Shown here one piece after another: positions 28,913 through 39,533 of a DNA stretch of 64,000 nucleotides. Under the pieces are notes generated by a model. It worked only from the letters and a program-made list of their open reading frames with translations, did no database searches and was not told where the DNA came from. Source of the stretch: Legionellales bacterium (GTDB lineage Bacteria > Pseudomonadota > Gammaproteobacteria > UBA1113); NCBI GenBank assembly GCA_002707205.1, contig PAMH01000034.1, positions 47,337 to 111,336 of the forward strand. Direction: 5' to 3'. Position 1 is the first letter of the stretch, and the number at the start of each line of letters is the position of its first letter. Made by a program: the position numbers and the translations under genes.

Positions 28913-31081
28913 CTAACTCAAACCAGCTCTGATGTGATTAACGGTATTTGAGTCATTACCATAGACATTTTTAGATGGCTGTTGGCCTGCTTGTGGGTTC
29001 ACATTGGGGGCAACCGGTGGAAAAAATCTATTTTGGGCGTATTGATTTATAGATGGACTCGCAGATGGGCTCGCAGATTTTAAAAAACTAATTTCAACAG
29101 AATTTTCCTGTGCCCAACTTTTCCAAGCATCAAAAATTGAACTTAAACTTAAATATTTTTTTGTTCTATTTATTTCCATTTTACTTTCTAATTTGGTTAA
29201 ATAGCTCCTGAAATCAGGAGATTTTTCCTTTTCCAATAAGAAATCTTTTGTGAGTAATCTATGATCATATCGCTCTTTTTGATTGCTTAAAAATAAAGCG
29301 TTGAAATATAAAGAGTCCACTAAAGTTCGTCCATTTAAAATTTTACGCATTGAGTCGATGTTAATAGAATAAGTATCCTTCATTTGTTGAGGATAATCAT
29401 TAAGATAAATCGTCTGTAATTCATTATTAGAATATTCTTTTTTAAAAAGTTCTTGTGAAGACGTATAACTTCTATAAAGTATCTCCAATAACACAAATTT
29501 AATATACTGAAAGGGAAAGTACTTGTTTCGTCTCGCCTTTTTGTCATGAGGTTTAAGAGATGATTCTATTCTTTCGTTATCATCTAGCCTATTTTCAGTA
29601 TCATTTGTATTTATATGATCAAAGGCATTATATTTTTCATTAAGTAATTGTCTTTGCGTTTCATTTATATTGAAATCAAATCCAATAGGTTGATTGATAT
29701 TCTTCGGCTGATAATAAAATAATAAAAAAACTAGTGTTGTAACGAAATCAAGGAGTTCGTCAGCATTTGTAACTTCTTCTTCTTGTAGTATTTTATTAAT
29801 AACTTTTATTTCATCGCTAAAATTAAAATCTTTTGCCAATGAAAATTCGCTAATATAATTGATTATAACTTGAATATTTTCAGACTTTTGAGTTAATTGT
29901 ATTAAATGGGTATAAACTAAAAGAATAATATCTTTTGTATGGTTGGTTATTTCGGCTACGTGTTGATGAAAATCGAAGGCTGAAGCTAAAGAGGTCAAAG
30001 TGTCTTTTTGTAGTTGCATATCAAAATTAATTGATTGCATAATTTTGCGTATAAAATTATCATCATTATCATTATCCAATAGCTCCAATAGTAATTCAAA
30101 TAAAGTAATATTTTGATCTGTGATGACTATAACTTTTTTTTGTAAATCTTCTTCAGTTAATAGACTTTTTATTAAATTGTTATCTGTTGTTGTTGCTTCA
30201 ATATCAATATTTTTATAAGTTAAAGGTAATTTAATGCCGCGATCGGACATTTGATTTAAAATGAGTTTTATAATCTTATAATCATTAAGCTCATCAAAAT
30301 CTAAAGCAGCAACTAATGCAAATAAGTATGTTGAAGAAGTGTCGTTTGTATTTGAAATTGGATTTATATCAATATCACGTGAAAAATACAGCTTCCTTTT
30401 ATCACAAATTTTGATGGCATCATTTAATTCTTGGTTTGTAAAGCTAAAAATATTATCGTATTTATTTTCGTCTAATAAAGATTCTATCTTATCTGCATTT
30501 TCATCTAAGATCGCAGCGATCAGCAGCATCCTTATTTTTGTTTCTTCTTTTGTCTCGGTTGTTGTTTCTAATGAAAAGCCAGTGCATGCTTTTTTTGAAG
30601 GAGGCTGTTCATCAGTAGTATTAGTTAAAGCATCTTGACGCTTACCCAATAAACTAGAATTAGCCGCTTCTGTAAAAGCTAAAGCAATAGAATTAACGCA
30701 CTTTAACTTTTGTGTTTCTGGTATTGTTTCAGTTAACGTATTAATTGCATTATAAAAATAGCTGGCATAACTTTCTGAGTTTGAGATTTCATTTTCCTTA
30801 TCTAATGCTTGAAAAATTTCATACATTTGTAAGGCATTAATTTTATTATTCGAATTTAGCAAACACAAAATTTTATTTTCGACTGTTAAAATTAATGAAT
30901 TTATTTGGATGGCTAAGTTCATGTATGCTGTACGTAATTCTGGCAGAACTTGTTGCTTTAATAAATCCGCTAATTGTGCATGTAGTGATGAAAACATCTG
31001 TAACACTTGATTGTTACTAACAACTAATTTTGCTAGTTCTTTTTGTTGTTCTGTCGAAATAGAATGGTTTGCTGGAAACAT
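28913..31081 (-). CDS. Large AT-rich hypothetical protein (722 aa) with a Pro/Gln-rich C-terminus. Effector-like.
   Basis: Long ORF with no recognisable catalytic motif, rich in N/K/I/L, with a C-terminal PSASPSINQ...PPVAPNVNPQAGQQP low-complexity tail. Confidence 0.45.
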   Translation of the reverse strand: MFPANHSISTEQQKELAKLVVSNNQVLQMFSSLHAQLADLLKQQVLPELRTAYMNLAIQINSLILTVENKILCLLNSNNKINALQMYEIFQALDKENEISNSESYASYFYNAINTLTETIPETQKLKCVNSIALAFTEAANSSLLGKRQDALTNTTDEQPPSKKACTGFSLETTTETKEETKIRMLLIAAILDENADKIESLLDENKYDNIFSFTNQELNDAIKICDKRKLYFSRDIDINPISNTNDTSSTYLFALVAALDFDELNDYKIIKLILNQMSDRGIKLPLTYKNIDIEATTTDNNLIKSLLTEEDLQKKVIVITDQNITLFELLLELLDNDNDDNFIRKIMQSINFDMQLQKDTLTSLASAFDFHQHVAEITNHTKDIILLVYTHLIQLTQKSENIQVIINYISEFSLAKDFNFSDEIKVINKILQEEEVTNADELLDFVTTLVFLLFYYQPKNINQPIGFDFNINETQRQLLNEKYNAFDHINTNDTENRLDDNERIESSLKPHDKKARRNKYFPFQYIKFVLLEILYRSYTSSQELFKKEYSNNELQTIYLNDYPQQMKDTYSINIDSMRKILNGRTLVDSLYFNALFLSNQKERYDHRLLTKDFLLEKEKSPDFRSYLTKLESKMEINRTKKYLSLSSIFDAWKSWAQENSVEISFLKSASPSASPSINQYAQNRFFPPVAPNVNPQAGQQPSKNVYGNDSNTVNHIRAGLS

Positions 31082-31302
31082 TATGGATATACCTTTTAAT
31101 TATAATTAGTTTATTGTTTATGATTAAGTATAAACAAGTGTGTAATTTTTTATGCTTACTTAGTATAGCAATTGACATTATATCATGTTGCCATGGTAAA
31201 TGCATCTAAATTTTAACTGTTTGTCAAACCAAATTTAAAATGTTCCCCATTGTATAAACTTATCTCTATAACAAAGGATAAAATTGTACAGGAGATAATC
31301 AA

Positions 31303-31770
31303 TGGGAGACCTATTAATTATGAGTTCTAAAGAAGAGCGAAAACGCAAAATAATTGATGATGCAACGACATTATCATAAATGGATACAGGAGAGACGTGC
31401 AAAGTGTTATTGTTGACATTTTTGCTTTGGGTTAAGCGTTATGGAGTACCTAAAGCTGTGTATGTAGATTTAAAGAATCTTTATGTATCGCCTGTTAAAC
31501 GCGTGGATAATGATATTGAGAAAACGCTGAATGTATTTGAGCGCACTTGTGAGTTATTGACGGTATTTGTACGAGATTAATAGGGGTGTTTAATTTGACG
31601 GTTACAAAATAATACTATAATTCATAGTGGCTATTATGAAGAAAAAATTATGAGAACTAAGTCATAAAATTCCGTCAGATGACAGGTTTGAGCAATTATC
31701 TTCCCGTTTAGATCCCAAAAGGTTTCAAAAAGCATGCTCGGATTGGCTGTCTAATTTGTAAAAACGCTAT
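31303..31770 (+). mobile_element. Probable degraded insertion-sequence / transposase remnant (fragmented ORFs)
   Basis: Two abutting small ORFs (26 aa with a good AGGAG RBS, then 66 aa containing YGVPKAVYVD, reminiscent of rve integrase-core G-P-x-x-I-x-SDNG). A further out-of-frame segment ...FEQLSSRLDPKRFQKACSDWLSNL. No intact transposase. Confidence 0.25.
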
Positions 31771-31771
31771 T

Positions 31772-32074
31772 TTAACATTTTTCTGTAATAGACATTGCTG
31801 AATTAATTTGTGTTTGAATGCGATTAATTTGTTGCTCAATGACATCTTGAGGATTTAATTTATCATTTTTTAAATCAAGGTAATCTGCAGCAATAGTGAG
31901 TGCACTTAATACTAATTTGCGATCGAGGCTTTGATGTGGGTGTGCTTGGTGAATTTCAGCAACAGTTTTTTGCAAAAGTTTAGTCGCATCATTAACTTTA
32001 TCTAGATTTTCAGCGCTGGATTTTATTAGAAACTCTTTGCCTAAAATTTCTAATAAAACTTTTTCATCCTGCAT
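31772..32074 (-). CDS. zapA: Cell division protein ZapA
   Basis: 100 aa; the N-terminal VLLEILGKEFLIKSSAEN resembles ZapA (VDIQIFGRSLRVNCPPD); coiled-coil C-terminus. Confidence 0.65.
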   Translation of the reverse strand: MQDEKVLLEILGKEFLIKSSAENLDKVNDATKLLQKTVAEIHQAHPHQSLDRKLVLSALTIAADYLDLKNDKLNPQDVIEQQINRIQTQINSAMSITEKC

Positions 32075-32076
32075 CG

Positions 32077-32286
32077 TCAGATAACCTCATCGGTTAGGGT
32101 TTGCAATTGGGAAATAAGCATTTTAACTTGCTCAGCTGCTTTTTGTTTTTGATTCAATAATGCTTGATAATTCTGTTCTAGTGTTTGGTGTGCTAGGAAT
32201 AATTCTTGGTATGCGTTAACCAACTTTTTATGTTGAGCAACAAATGTTGCAACATTACCTTCTAGGTCATTTAGTGATTCAAGCAT
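32077..32286 (-). CDS. Small coiled-coil protein encoded immediately upstream of zapA (TIGR02449-like)
   Basis: 69 aa, entirely heptad-like; 2-nt gap to zapA. The position matches the conserved small ORF found upstream of zapA in Pseudomonas-type genomes. Confidence 0.5.
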   Translation of the reverse strand: MLESLNDLEGNVATFVAQHKKLVNAYQELFLAHQTLEQNYQALLNQKQKAAEQVKMLISQLQTLTDEVI

Positions 32287-32378
32287 AATATTTACTCCAT
32301 AAAGAATATACTTTTATCATATATAAAATTCTAAACTTTGTATACCCAGATTAATGTAAATTTGATATCAGATAATAA

Positions 32379-33266
32379 TTATTGTTTTAGTATAATAAGT
32401 TTATTTTTCATCTCATTTGGTGATTTTATTGTGGTATGGCCTTTACATTTTGGGAAATGAAAATCTGATAGTCGGGATAACCAGAAGTTCAAGCAAGCAT
32501 AGCGTCTAAATAGCGGCAGAAGGTCTAAGGTATCTTTTTGTAAAGCATAATGTTTTTGATAGGGGTCCAAAAATAATTGAGGTTTATCAAAACACCAATC
32601 ATTGATAACAATCGCAATATCAATCAGCGTAAAATCAAAACATGCATAATAGAAATCAATGATGCCATTGAGATTTGTATTGTAAAATAAAGCATTATCT
32701 CTAAATAAATCGTGGTGAATAATGCTTTTTGATAGATGATTAAAATCAGCTTGTTGAATTTCATCTAAACTTTGCTGCAATAGCGTTTGATCATCAGATG
32801 ATAGTTTATCCATAACATTATTTGCAATCGCTTGCATCCAATTAATATTACGTTTATTTTGAATTTTAAATTCAGGTTTGGTTTGATGTAGATAAGCCAT
32901 TGTCGTTGCAATTTGTGCAATTTGTTCATTTGTGGGTTTATCGATTGATTTTCCTATTAAATACTGACTCATTATCACAGGTTTATTTTTGTAAGTATGA
33001 AAAGATTTTTGTTGATTAGTTTTATAAATTTTTGCATGCGGTATTTCATTAGGTAAATGCTTAATTAAATCAATAATAGGCGTAGTTTCAGCAAGCGTAT
33101 GTTGCTCAATAATGGTTAAAATACAAACAGATCCATTTCTCAATTGCACAACAAAGTTACTATTTGTGATGCCCTCAGAGATAGCTTGAATATGCATGAT
33201 ATCAAAAGCGTAAGCCTCTCCAATCTCTTGAGCCTCATGTAAAGATAGCTGGGTAAAAACAGCCAT
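32379..33266 (-). CDS. thrB: Homoserine kinase type II (APH-fold ThrB)
   Basis: N-terminus MAVFTQLSLHEAQEIGEAYAF...ISEGITNSNF matches Pseudomonas-type ThrB (MSVFTPL...GIAEGSENSNF). Kinase catalytic HHDLFRDN. Adjacent to polA, as in Pseudomonas. Confidence 0.7.
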   Translation of the reverse strand: MAVFTQLSLHEAQEIGEAYAFDIMHIQAISEGITNSNFVVQLRNGSVCILTIIEQHTLAETTPIIDLIKHLPNEIPHAKIYKTNQQKSFHTYKNKPVIMSQYLIGKSIDKPTNEQIAQIATTMAYLHQTKPEFKIQNKRNINWMQAIANNVMDKLSSDDQTLLQQSLDEIQQADFNHLSKSIIHHDLFRDNALFYNTNLNGIIDFYYACFDFTLIDIAIVINDWCFDKPQLFLDPYQKHYALQKDTLDLLPLFRRYACLNFWLSRLSDFHFPKCKGHTTIKSPNEMKNKLIILKQ

Positions 33267-33333
33267 TTGTAAATCCTGTAAAATTCTGCATAATGAGCAG
33301 TAATCGCTATTATTAAATTATACGGAAACACAC

Positions 33334-36030
33334 ATGCAAAATCCAGAACGTATTCTTATTGACGGGTCGTCTTATCTTTATCGAGCATTTCATGCTATGC
33401 CACCTTTAATGAATTCAAAAGGGCAACCAACAGGGGCAATTTATGGCGTAGTTAATATGTTAAAGCGACTATTAAAAGACTATGATACTAAACATGTGAT
33501 TGTTGTGTTTGATCCTAAGGGAAAAACTTTTCGAGATGATTTATATCCAGCATATAAAGCCAATAGACCTTCGATGCCTGATGATTTACGCGTACAAATT
33601 GCACCATTATTTGAAATTATTAAAGCCATGGGATTACCTTTAGTTATCGTTGATGGCGTGGAGGCTGATGATGTGATTGGTACCATGGCAAAGAATGCAG
33701 TACAAGAAAACAAAACAGTACTTATTTCAACTGGCGATAAAGACATGGCGCAATTAGTTGATGAGCATGTTACATTAATTAATACGATGAATAATAAGCT
33801 TATGGACATTGATGGTGTTCAAGAAAAATTTGGTGTGCCACCTGAATTAATTATTGATTATCTGACTTTAATTGGAGATACCGTTGATAATGTACCTGGA
33901 GTGCCAAAAGTTGGCCCTAAAACTGCGGTTAAATGGTTATTAGAATATGGCAACCTTGATAATATTATTGCTAATGCGGACAACATTAAAGGTAAAGTTG
34001 GTGAAAATCTACGTGAAAGTATTACCTATTTACCATTATCAAAAAAACTCGTTACTATTAAAGTAGATGTGACATTGCCTTTTGATGAGGATGAATTAAT
34101 ACAAAAAGCGTCGCAAAAAGAACGTTTAATTATGCTATATAGAGAAATGGAATTTAAAACCTGGTTATCTGAATTATTATCTGATGATCAAACAGTTTCA
34201 GAAGATGCCCCATCAAAAGTATTACAGGTAGATTATCAAACTGTTTTAACGGAAACTACTTTAGAAAATATTATTAAAAAAATAAAAGCAAAAAAAATCT
34301 TTGCAATTGATACAGAAACAAATAGTTTGAATTACATGCAAGCTGATTTGATAGGTATCTCATTAGCAATAGAGGTTGACCAAGCCTATTATATTCCTTT
34401 GGCGCATGATTATCTTGATGCGCCTGAGCAATTGTCAAGAGAATATGTGCTACAACAATTGAAACCATTACTTACCGATGAGAATATTCAGAAAGTAGGC
34501 CATAACTTAAAATACGATATTAGTATATTTGCCAAATATGATATTGAACTAATGGGTGTTGCATTTGATACTATGTTAGAAGCGTTTTTATTAGAAAGTG
34601 GTTCAAGGTTAGATATGGATACTTTGGCATTAAAGTTTTTGGGGCACAAAACGATTAGCTTTGAGGATGTTGCAGGAAAAGGGGCAAAACAAATTAGTTT
34701 TAACCAAGTTGATATTAAAACGGCAACACAATATGCGGCAGAAGATGCTGATGTTACCTTAAAACTTCACCATCTATTTTGGTCAAAAATAAAAAAGGAT
34801 GATGCACTTGCTGAGGTATTAACGCAGACGGAAATGCCACTGGTAAACATTCTATCAAAAATAGAACGTACAGGCGTATTAATTGATGCTGATATTTTAC
34901 ATCAGCAAAGCACAGACTTAGCAGCACGTCTACAGGTAATTGAAACACAAGCATTTGAGCGCGTAGGGGCTCAATTTAATATGAATTCACCTAAGCAGTT
35001 ACAAAAAATTCTTTTCGAAGATATGGGTATTCCTGTCATAAAAAAAACACCAACAGGTCAGCCAGCTACCTCAGAAGAGGTTTTGCAGGAACTTGCACAT
35101 GACTATCCTTTGCCAAAATTAATTTTAGAGTATCGTAGTTTAAGCAAGTTAAAATCAACTTATACGGATAAGTTACCTTTGCTTATTGATCGGGGTAGTG
35201 GGCGAGTGCATACCTCTTATCATCAAGTGGGGGCAGCAACAGGGCGTTTCTCGTCCTCAGATCCTAATTTACAGAATATTCCAATACGCACAGTTGATGG
35301 TCGTAAAATTAGACAGGCATTTATTGCACCAGAGGGTTATCAGTTACTCGCTGCAGATTATTCACAAATAGAATTACGCATTATGGCGCACTTATCCGAA
35401 GATAAAGGCCTATGTGATGCATTTGCACAAGGTTTAGATATTCATAAAGCAACGGCGGCAGAAGTTTTTTCTGTAGCGCTAGATGACGTGACAGATTTGC
35501 AAAGACGGAGCGCCAAAGCAATTAACTTTGGTTTGATTTATGGTATGTCAGCTTTTGGTTTAGCAAAGCAATTGCATGTCGAACGTGCTGATGCGCAAGC
35601 TTATATTGATATGTATTTTGAACGTTATCCTGGCGTTAAAGCATATATGACTAACATCCGTGAACAGGCACATAGCAACGGATATGTTGAAACCTACTTC
35701 GGACGAAAATTACACCTGCCTGCAATTAACGCCAAAAACAAAATGCAACAAAATGCCGCTGAGCGTGCGGCAATTAATGCACCCATGCAAGGTACAGCAG
35801 CTGATATTATTAAGCGCGCAATGATAAAATTGGATACGCTGATTACATCTAAATCATTACCCATTAAAATTGTAATGCAAGTGCATGATGAATTAATTTT
35901 TGAGGTGGCTAATGACATTGTGGAGGAAGCGAAAGTTTTGTTGGCAACTACTATGGAAAATGCAGTCAAATTACATGTGCCATTGGTTGTCGATGTGGGC
36001 GTTGGTATAAATTGGGATGAGGCACATTAG
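33334..36030 (+). CDS. polA: DNA polymerase I
   Basis: 5'-nuclease, 3'-5' exonuclease and polymerase domains; motif A DYSQIELR, motif B RRSAKAINFGLIYG, motif C VHDEL. Confidence 0.95.
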   Translation: MQNPERILIDGSSYLYRAFHAMPPLMNSKGQPTGAIYGVVNMLKRLLKDYDTKHVIVVFDPKGKTFRDDLYPAYKANRPSMPDDLRVQIAPLFEIIKAMGLPLVIVDGVEADDVIGTMAKNAVQENKTVLISTGDKDMAQLVDEHVTLINTMNNKLMDIDGVQEKFGVPPELIIDYLTLIGDTVDNVPGVPKVGPKTAVKWLLEYGNLDNIIANADNIKGKVGENLRESITYLPLSKKLVTIKVDVTLPFDEDELIQKASQKERLIMLYREMEFKTWLSELLSDDQTVSEDAPSKVLQVDYQTVLTETTLENIIKKIKAKKIFAIDTETNSLNYMQADLIGISLAIEVDQAYYIPLAHDYLDAPEQLSREYVLQQLKPLLTDENIQKVGHNLKYDISIFAKYDIELMGVAFDTMLEAFLLESGSRLDMDTLALKFLGHKTISFEDVAGKGAKQISFNQVDIKTATQYAAEDADVTLKLHHLFWSKIKKDDALAEVLTQTEMPLVNILSKIERTGVLIDADILHQQSTDLAARLQVIETQAFERVGAQFNMNSPKQLQKILFEDMGIPVIKKTPTGQPATSEEVLQELAHDYPLPKLILEYRSLSKLKSTYTDKLPLLIDRGSGRVHTSYHQVGAATGRFSSSDPNLQNIPIRTVDGRKIRQAFIAPEGYQLLAADYSQIELRIMAHLSEDKGLCDAFAQGLDIHKATAAEVFSVALDDVTDLQRRSAKAINFGLIYGMSAFGLAKQLHVERADAQAYIDMYFERYPGVKAYMTNIREQAHSNGYVETYFGRKLHLPAINAKNKMQQNAAERAAINAPMQGTAADIIKRAMIKLDTLITSKSLPIKIVMQVHDELIFEVANDIVEEAKVLLATTMENAVKLHVPLVVDVGVGINWDEAH

Positions 36031-37315
36031 AAAAGTTATGAAAGATAAAAAATTGCAATCAACGATTCAAACGTTATCAAATAAAATTATAGAAGCGCAA
36101 AAAGAAATTCGTATTCTTGATGCAATTAAGTGGGATGCTGAAATTGCGCATGATTTTTTTGCTAAAAACTGTCAAGTTTTGCCAAAAATTAATGCTGAAT
36201 ATTATCAGCAACATACACCATTGTTATTTAATCCTGAACTCAAGCTGAACGAATTTTATGATATTGAGAGTCAAATTAAACAAAAAATTGGTAGTATTAA
36301 TCCCGTTGGTAAAATCATGATTCATATGTGTCAAGAATATCGAGAAGTAATACATATGTTGATGGCACGAGGAACGCCACAATTTTCACAAATATCACAA
36401 ACGCTTTATGGAACAAGCACAGAAGCATTTTATGCAAATGGACCTACTATTCATGATTTAGCCATTTTAATGAATCAATATGCATCAAATTTAATTTTAC
36501 AAACGCAAAATGTTAAAGATGAAAAAAAATATGATGCACAATATGCTTGTAACTATTTAAATCAACAAATACAAAGCTATTTTAAAGATCATAAAAATTT
36601 AATTAGTGTTGATATTAGTGACACTTTAGTATCAGATGCCGCTGCTGGTGCAGATAAAATTCGCGTACGAAAAGATGCCATCTTTAGTGAGCGTGATTTG
36701 CGTATGCTCGAGGTACATGAAGGTTGGGTTCATTTGGGTACAACTTTAAATGGTAGTCTACAGGAAACATGTACTTTTTTATCTAAAGGTACACCATCGA
36801 CAATTGTGACCCAAGAGGGTTTAGCTGTCTTGATGGAGATTTTGACTTTAAGTAGTTTTCCAGAGCGTGTTGAACGTATTATCAGTCGTATTGATGCTAT
36901 TCATATGGCAGAACAAGGCGCAAATTTCATTGAAATTTTTAATACATTGCATGCCCAAGGTTTAACAAAAGATCAAGCTTATAGTCGTGCAGTTCGTGTT
37001 TTTCGAGGCAGTACCCCCGATGGCAAGCCATTCACTAAAGACTTGGCTTACAATAAAGGTTTTGTTTTATTGTATAACTTTATTCGTATTGCGATTAAAC
37101 AAAATAAATTACACTTAATTCCATTATTATTTGTTGGAAAAATTCGTTTAGAAGATATTCACCATATTGATGCGTTACATGCAGAAGGTATTATTCAAGC
37201 CCCACATTATGTGCCTTATCCGCTCAATGATATGGCAGCACTTAGTTGTTGGTTATGTTACTCTCTCTTTATGAATAAATTGGATCTTAATAAAATGGAA
37301 AGTGACTTTAACTAA
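36017..37315 (+). CDS. DUF1704 / flavohemoglobin expression-modulating QEGLA-motif protein family
   Basis: Contains the diagnostic TQEGLAVLME motif; ~430 aa; overlaps the polA stop by 14 nt. Confidence 0.55.
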   Translation: MRHIRKVMKDKKLQSTIQTLSNKIIEAQKEIRILDAIKWDAEIAHDFFAKNCQVLPKINAEYYQQHTPLLFNPELKLNEFYDIESQIKQKIGSINPVGKIMIHMCQEYREVIHMLMARGTPQFSQISQTLYGTSTEAFYANGPTIHDLAILMNQYASNLILQTQNVKDEKKYDAQYACNYLNQQIQSYFKDHKNLISVDISDTLVSDAAAGADKIRVRKDAIFSERDLRMLEVHEGWVHLGTTLNGSLQETCTFLSKGTPSTIVTQEGLAVLMEILTLSSFPERVERIISRIDAIHMAEQGANFIEIFNTLHAQGLTKDQAYSRAVRVFRGSTPDGKPFTKDLAYNKGFVLLYNFIRIAIKQNKLHLIPLLFVGKIRLEDIHHIDALHAEGIIQAPHYVPYPLNDMAALSCWLCYSLFMNKLDLNKMESDFN

Positions 37316-37320
37316 ATGAC

Positions 37321-39483
37321 TTATTGCAGTTTAGCGTATGCAGCAACGAGCCACTTAGTGCCCGCATGTTCAAAGTTAACTTGCACACGAGTATGCGCAC
37401 CTTTGCCTTCAATATTTAGGATAACGCCCTCACCAAATTTAGCATGCATGACTTGTTGGCCTAGTTGGTAACCTGATTCATGAACTTGTTTTTTCATTCT
37501 AAATGGTAAATTTGCTGTATGCCCCACGGGTTTAATAATTTTAGTTCGCATACGCACTTCATTGACACAGTCATTGGGTAATTCAGTTAAAAAGCGTGAC
37601 GGACGATTTCGTGACTCAGAACCATACATACGACGTGTTTCAGCAAAGGTTAAATAAAGATTTTTCATTGCTCTTGTCATGCCAACATAACAAAGTCGAC
37701 GCTCTTCTTCAATTTGGTTAGGGTCGTTGACAGATAAATAGTGTGGAAATAAACCTTCTTCCATTCCGCCGATAAATACTAATGGAAACTCCAGACCTTT
37801 TGCCGAGTGTAGTGTCATTAATTGCACGCTATCGGCAAATGCTTTTTCTTGTCCCTCACCGGCTTCTAATGCAGCATGCGTTAGAAATTCAGCAATTAGC
37901 GGTAATTCAGATCCATCTTCTGGCGTAAATTGTTTTGCAGCGACAACAAGTTCTTGTAAGTTTTCAATACGAGCTTGTGCTTTTTCACCGCTTGCATTTT
38001 GATACATATTTAACAAGCCGCTACTGCTTAATATGTGTTCGACTTGTTCAGCTAAATCAACCTGTGTTGTTTCTTTATCCGCAGTATTGATTAATTGAAT
38101 AAATCCATTAAGTGCGGTACTTGCTCGTGCAGGTAATTGTTTATTTTCAAGTAATAACAAGCTAGCTGTCCATAACGAGGCTTGTTTTTCACGTGCTTCA
38201 TGACGAATTTGAGCAATCGTTTTTTCACCAAGCCCACGTGTTGGTGTATTTATAACGCGTTCAAATGCTGCATCATCATGTCGGTTAAAAATTAGACGTA
38301 AATATGCTAAAGTGTCTTTAATTTCTTGACGTTCAAAAAAGCGTAATCCGCCATAAATACGATAAGGAATATTAGCTTGAATCAATGCTTCTTCTAGTAC
38401 ACGAGACTGTGCATTTGAGCGGTATAAAATTGCACATTCATTACGATTGTTACCATGCTCTATCCATTGCAAGATTTGTGCGGTGATGAATCGTGCTTCG
38501 TCTAGTTCATTAAAAGCAGCATAGAGCTGAATTTTGTCTCCATCACCATCGTGTGTCCAAAGGTTTTTGCCCATACGTCCTTGATTGTTAGCAATGACTT
38601 TATTGGCCGCTTTTAAAATGTAGCCGGTAGAGCGATAATTTTGTTCTAAACGAATAGTTTTTGTGTGCGGAAAATCTCGTGTAAATTTATGAATATTTTC
38701 TACTTGCGCACCACGCCAGCCATAAATGGATTGGTCATCATCACCGACAATTGTGACATGATTGTTCTGCCCTGCGAGTAAGTTGAGCCAAGCATACTGT
38801 AATTGGTTAGTATCTTGAAATTCATCAATTAAAATATACTGAAATCGATTTTGGTAGTGTTGTAAAATATCTGGATTATCTCGCCATAATTCATGAGCGC
38901 GCAAAAGCAATTCTGAGAAATCTACCAGATTCGCATTTTGACAAATCTCTTCATAAGCTTGATAAATTTTAATTTGTGTTTTTTTGATGATATCACCATC
39001 ATCGGATAGATGATGTGCACGTAGCCCTTCTTCTTTATTGTGGTTAATAAACCATTGCTGTGCTCGTGGCGCCCATTGTTTATCATCAAGATTTAAACTT
39101 TTAAGCAAACGCTTGATAATACGTAATTGATCTTCGGCATCTATGATTTGAAAGTTTTCATCTAATCTCGCAGCTTGCCAATGTTTACGAAGGAGTTTAT
39201 GTGCAATACTATGAAAAGTACCCACCCACATGCCAGTGGCTTGAAAACCGAGTAGCTGTTCAATACGTGCACGCATTTCACCCGCCGCTTTATTGGTGAA
39301 TGTCACCGCAAAAATACTATAAGGTGATAAAGATTCTGCTTGAATCAACCATGCAATACGTTTGACTAAAACACTTGTTTTTCCACTTCCGGCACCTGCC
39401 AACACCACAAGGTGACTGGATTCGGCCGTTACAGCTTCGCGTTGTGCTTCATTTAAATTTTCAAGTATGTGTGTCATATCCAT
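37321..39483 (-). CDS. uvrD: DNA helicase II
   Basis: Walker A AGAGSGKT; UvrD/Rep helicase motifs DEFQDTN, YRS, GLEF; 720 aa, like UvrD. Confidence 0.9.
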   Translation of the reverse strand: MDMTHILENLNEAQREAVTAESSHLVVLAGAGSGKTSVLVKRIAWLIQAESLSPYSIFAVTFTNKAAGEMRARIEQLLGFQATGMWVGTFHSIAHKLLRKHWQAARLDENFQIIDAEDQLRIIKRLLKSLNLDDKQWAPRAQQWFINHNKEEGLRAHHLSDDGDIIKKTQIKIYQAYEEICQNANLVDFSELLLRAHELWRDNPDILQHYQNRFQYILIDEFQDTNQLQYAWLNLLAGQNNHVTIVGDDDQSIYGWRGAQVENIHKFTRDFPHTKTIRLEQNYRSTGYILKAANKVIANNQGRMGKNLWTHDGDGDKIQLYAAFNELDEARFITAQILQWIEHGNNRNECAILYRSNAQSRVLEEALIQANIPYRIYGGLRFFERQEIKDTLAYLRLIFNRHDDAAFERVINTPTRGLGEKTIAQIRHEAREKQASLWTASLLLLENKQLPARASTALNGFIQLINTADKETTQVDLAEQVEHILSSSGLLNMYQNASGEKAQARIENLQELVVAAKQFTPEDGSELPLIAEFLTHAALEAGEGQEKAFADSVQLMTLHSAKGLEFPLVFIGGMEEGLFPHYLSVNDPNQIEEERRLCYVGMTRAMKNLYLTFAETRRMYGSESRNRPSRFLTELPNDCVNEVRMRTKIIKPVGHTANLPFRMKKQVHESGYQLGQQVMHAKFGEGVILNIEGKGAHTRVQVNFEHAGTKWLVAAYAKLQ

Positions 39484-39533
39484 GCGAGGATTGTAACGGA
39501 ATTTTAAGGGTAAGGGTAGAGATAAAAAATAGC

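Noticed and set aside
31590-31771. Confident call of a 6S RNA gene downstream of zapA
   Set aside because: Only an 11-nt, partly palindromic match to E. coli 6S was seen, and no convincing long closing stem could be built by eye. Kept as a low-confidence finding and not listed as a feature.
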